Under the pieces are notes generated by a model. It ran no database searches and was not told where the DNA came from. It was given only the letters and a program-made list of their open reading frames with translations. The translations under genes and the position numbers were made by a program. A stretch of DNA of 63,319 nt, counting the filler, from Basidiobolus ranarum (Eukaryota): assembly GCA_040143965.1 (NCBI GenBank). It is 11 parts of 11 records of this genome, joined end to end, with 100 filler letters (N's around TTAATTAATTAA, not from the genome) between each part and the next. Parts side by side here need not be neighbours in the genome. Positions count along the whole stretch, not along the records: positions 57,688 to 63,319 come from JASJQH010008411.1; 10 more parts are not named here. One strand, 5' to 3'. This document shows positions 62,027 through 63,319 of the stretch, piece after piece (position 1 is the first letter of the stretch; every line of letters begins with the position of its first letter).

Positions 62027-63319
62027 ATGCCAATCATAAAGCATTCAAAATCAAAGTCAAAATTGGCTTCCAAGCCAAAGCTTGCTAGCATAAAAGGAAA
62101 AAAACCAGCAAGAACAGAGGACTCATTTGATGAGCAGTCTAGCAATCCACTATCCACTTTGGAAGGTATTAACATGCTGAAACTAAGTCAAGTAATGATG
62201 AAACATTAATCAATATACTAGATGTGTTCTTTACCAGCAATAGTACAAGTGCAGAGATTGTAATCCCACAATTACATAGTAAATCAATAGTTGAGCAAAG
62301 TTCAACCAACACACCATCAAGAACATCAGCTTCCAAAATGGCTACTTTGCCCACTATTGAACCACTCTCCAAAAAAAATTTGGATATAATTATTACAACA
62401 AGGGAATTGCAGGCAGAACACCATAATGATTTGTATGCAATCATAAGTAAAACTATGAAGTTGCTATACAGGCCATGACAAGCAAAAATGCCACAATATT
62501 GCAATTATTGCAGTGTTTGGAAGCAACTAGTCAACAGTTACAGAGTAACTAAATAATGATACAAGAACTTCAGAATGCTGTACTTGAGCTACTGCTACAT
62601 GCTGCTCCCTCCATTCTTTCTCATATGGGATTTCAATCAATCCCACACCATACATATGAATGTCACCATGACATTCTAGCAGAGCAAAATATGTGTTGGA
62701 CCATTAAGCCTACACAACTACCCAAAATTGCTTGGGCACATGAAAGTAGAAATCTCATAGGAAAACTGGCAAACCAAAAGACTCTGAATATCAGAGCTGC
62801 TGTCACTTGCTCTGATGATGAGTGGTTTAACATTTTGGAAACTGTGTGGAATCTTGCCCAAAATCACCTGGATTTGAGCCAATTGTGGAAAAACCAAAAA
62901 CCAGGCATTACTCTGAAGATTCTTGGCTTATTTCATGTGGCTTATCTTGGGTTTTTGCAAGCAAATGGCCATTGGGCTAATATAGGCCTAATCATGAAAC
63001 ATCTCAAAAATGTATGCAATTATCAAATTGGAAAACAAAGAAAAGCAGCTAAAGAAGTACTGAAGGAGCAGGATGTTAGTAAACTCAAGGGAAAAGCAAA
63101 GGAGCCAGTGAGCTTAGGCTCTACTGTCCCTCTTATCAAATTCTTCACACTATTACTAAGATCTGCATTTCTAGAGTCAGATATACTGGCAAAAAAGCTT
63201 AGTTTCACCATGGAACCAGGTACACCAGTTGAAAGAGTGCTAAATTTGGAAGCTTATCCTACACTTGGCACCTCTCATGAAGCCAAAGCACCAGCAAATA
63301 AAACTCCCAGCTCTCCACC
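62027..63319 (+). pseudogene. Divergent transposon-associated ORF2 of unknown function; frameshifted 5' part, then open from 62556 to the window end
   Basis: Lys/Ser-rich N-terminus. From the ATG at 62556 there are 254 stop-free codons, missed by the ORF track because no stop is reached, including WFNILETVWNLAQNHLDLSQLWKNQ..HWANIGLIMKHLKN. CpG-depleted like the transposon. Confidence 0.7.

Overview
AT-rich fungal genomic DNA with short GT-AG introns. The gene content suggests an early-diverging lineage; a Basidiobolus-like zoopagomycete is my guess, not something the sequence proves. The window is not one locus. It is 11 unrelated contigs of about 5.6-5.7 kb, sorted by decreasing length and joined by an artificial 100-nt linker (44 N + TTAATTAATTAA + 44 N), so adjacency across linkers means nothing. 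Host genes: a CYLD-like USP deubiquitinase ending in PPxY plus a polybasic CaaX, an ERD1-like EXS gene with an in-frame stop, an O-methyltransferase, an Est1/Ebs1/SMG7-like protein, an S1/P1 nuclease, a CNH-domain protein, three co-oriented membrane-protein genes, a GH25 muramidase with TAG at a conserved Trp, NmrA-like and alpha-kinase relics, and a head-to-head pair of plasma-membrane H+-ATPase genes with patchy identity. About half the window is decayed, strongly CpG-depleted transposon DNA: Ty1/copia elements (several LTR families, one with a half-tRNAiMet PBS) and a CACTA/EnSpm-like (Transposase_21) family carrying an uncharacterised divergent second ORF. I found no clear-cut novel multi-gene system. 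The best leads are the CACTA accessory ORF, the CaaX/PY deubiquitinase, the inverted PMA pair and the stop-interrupted GH25.
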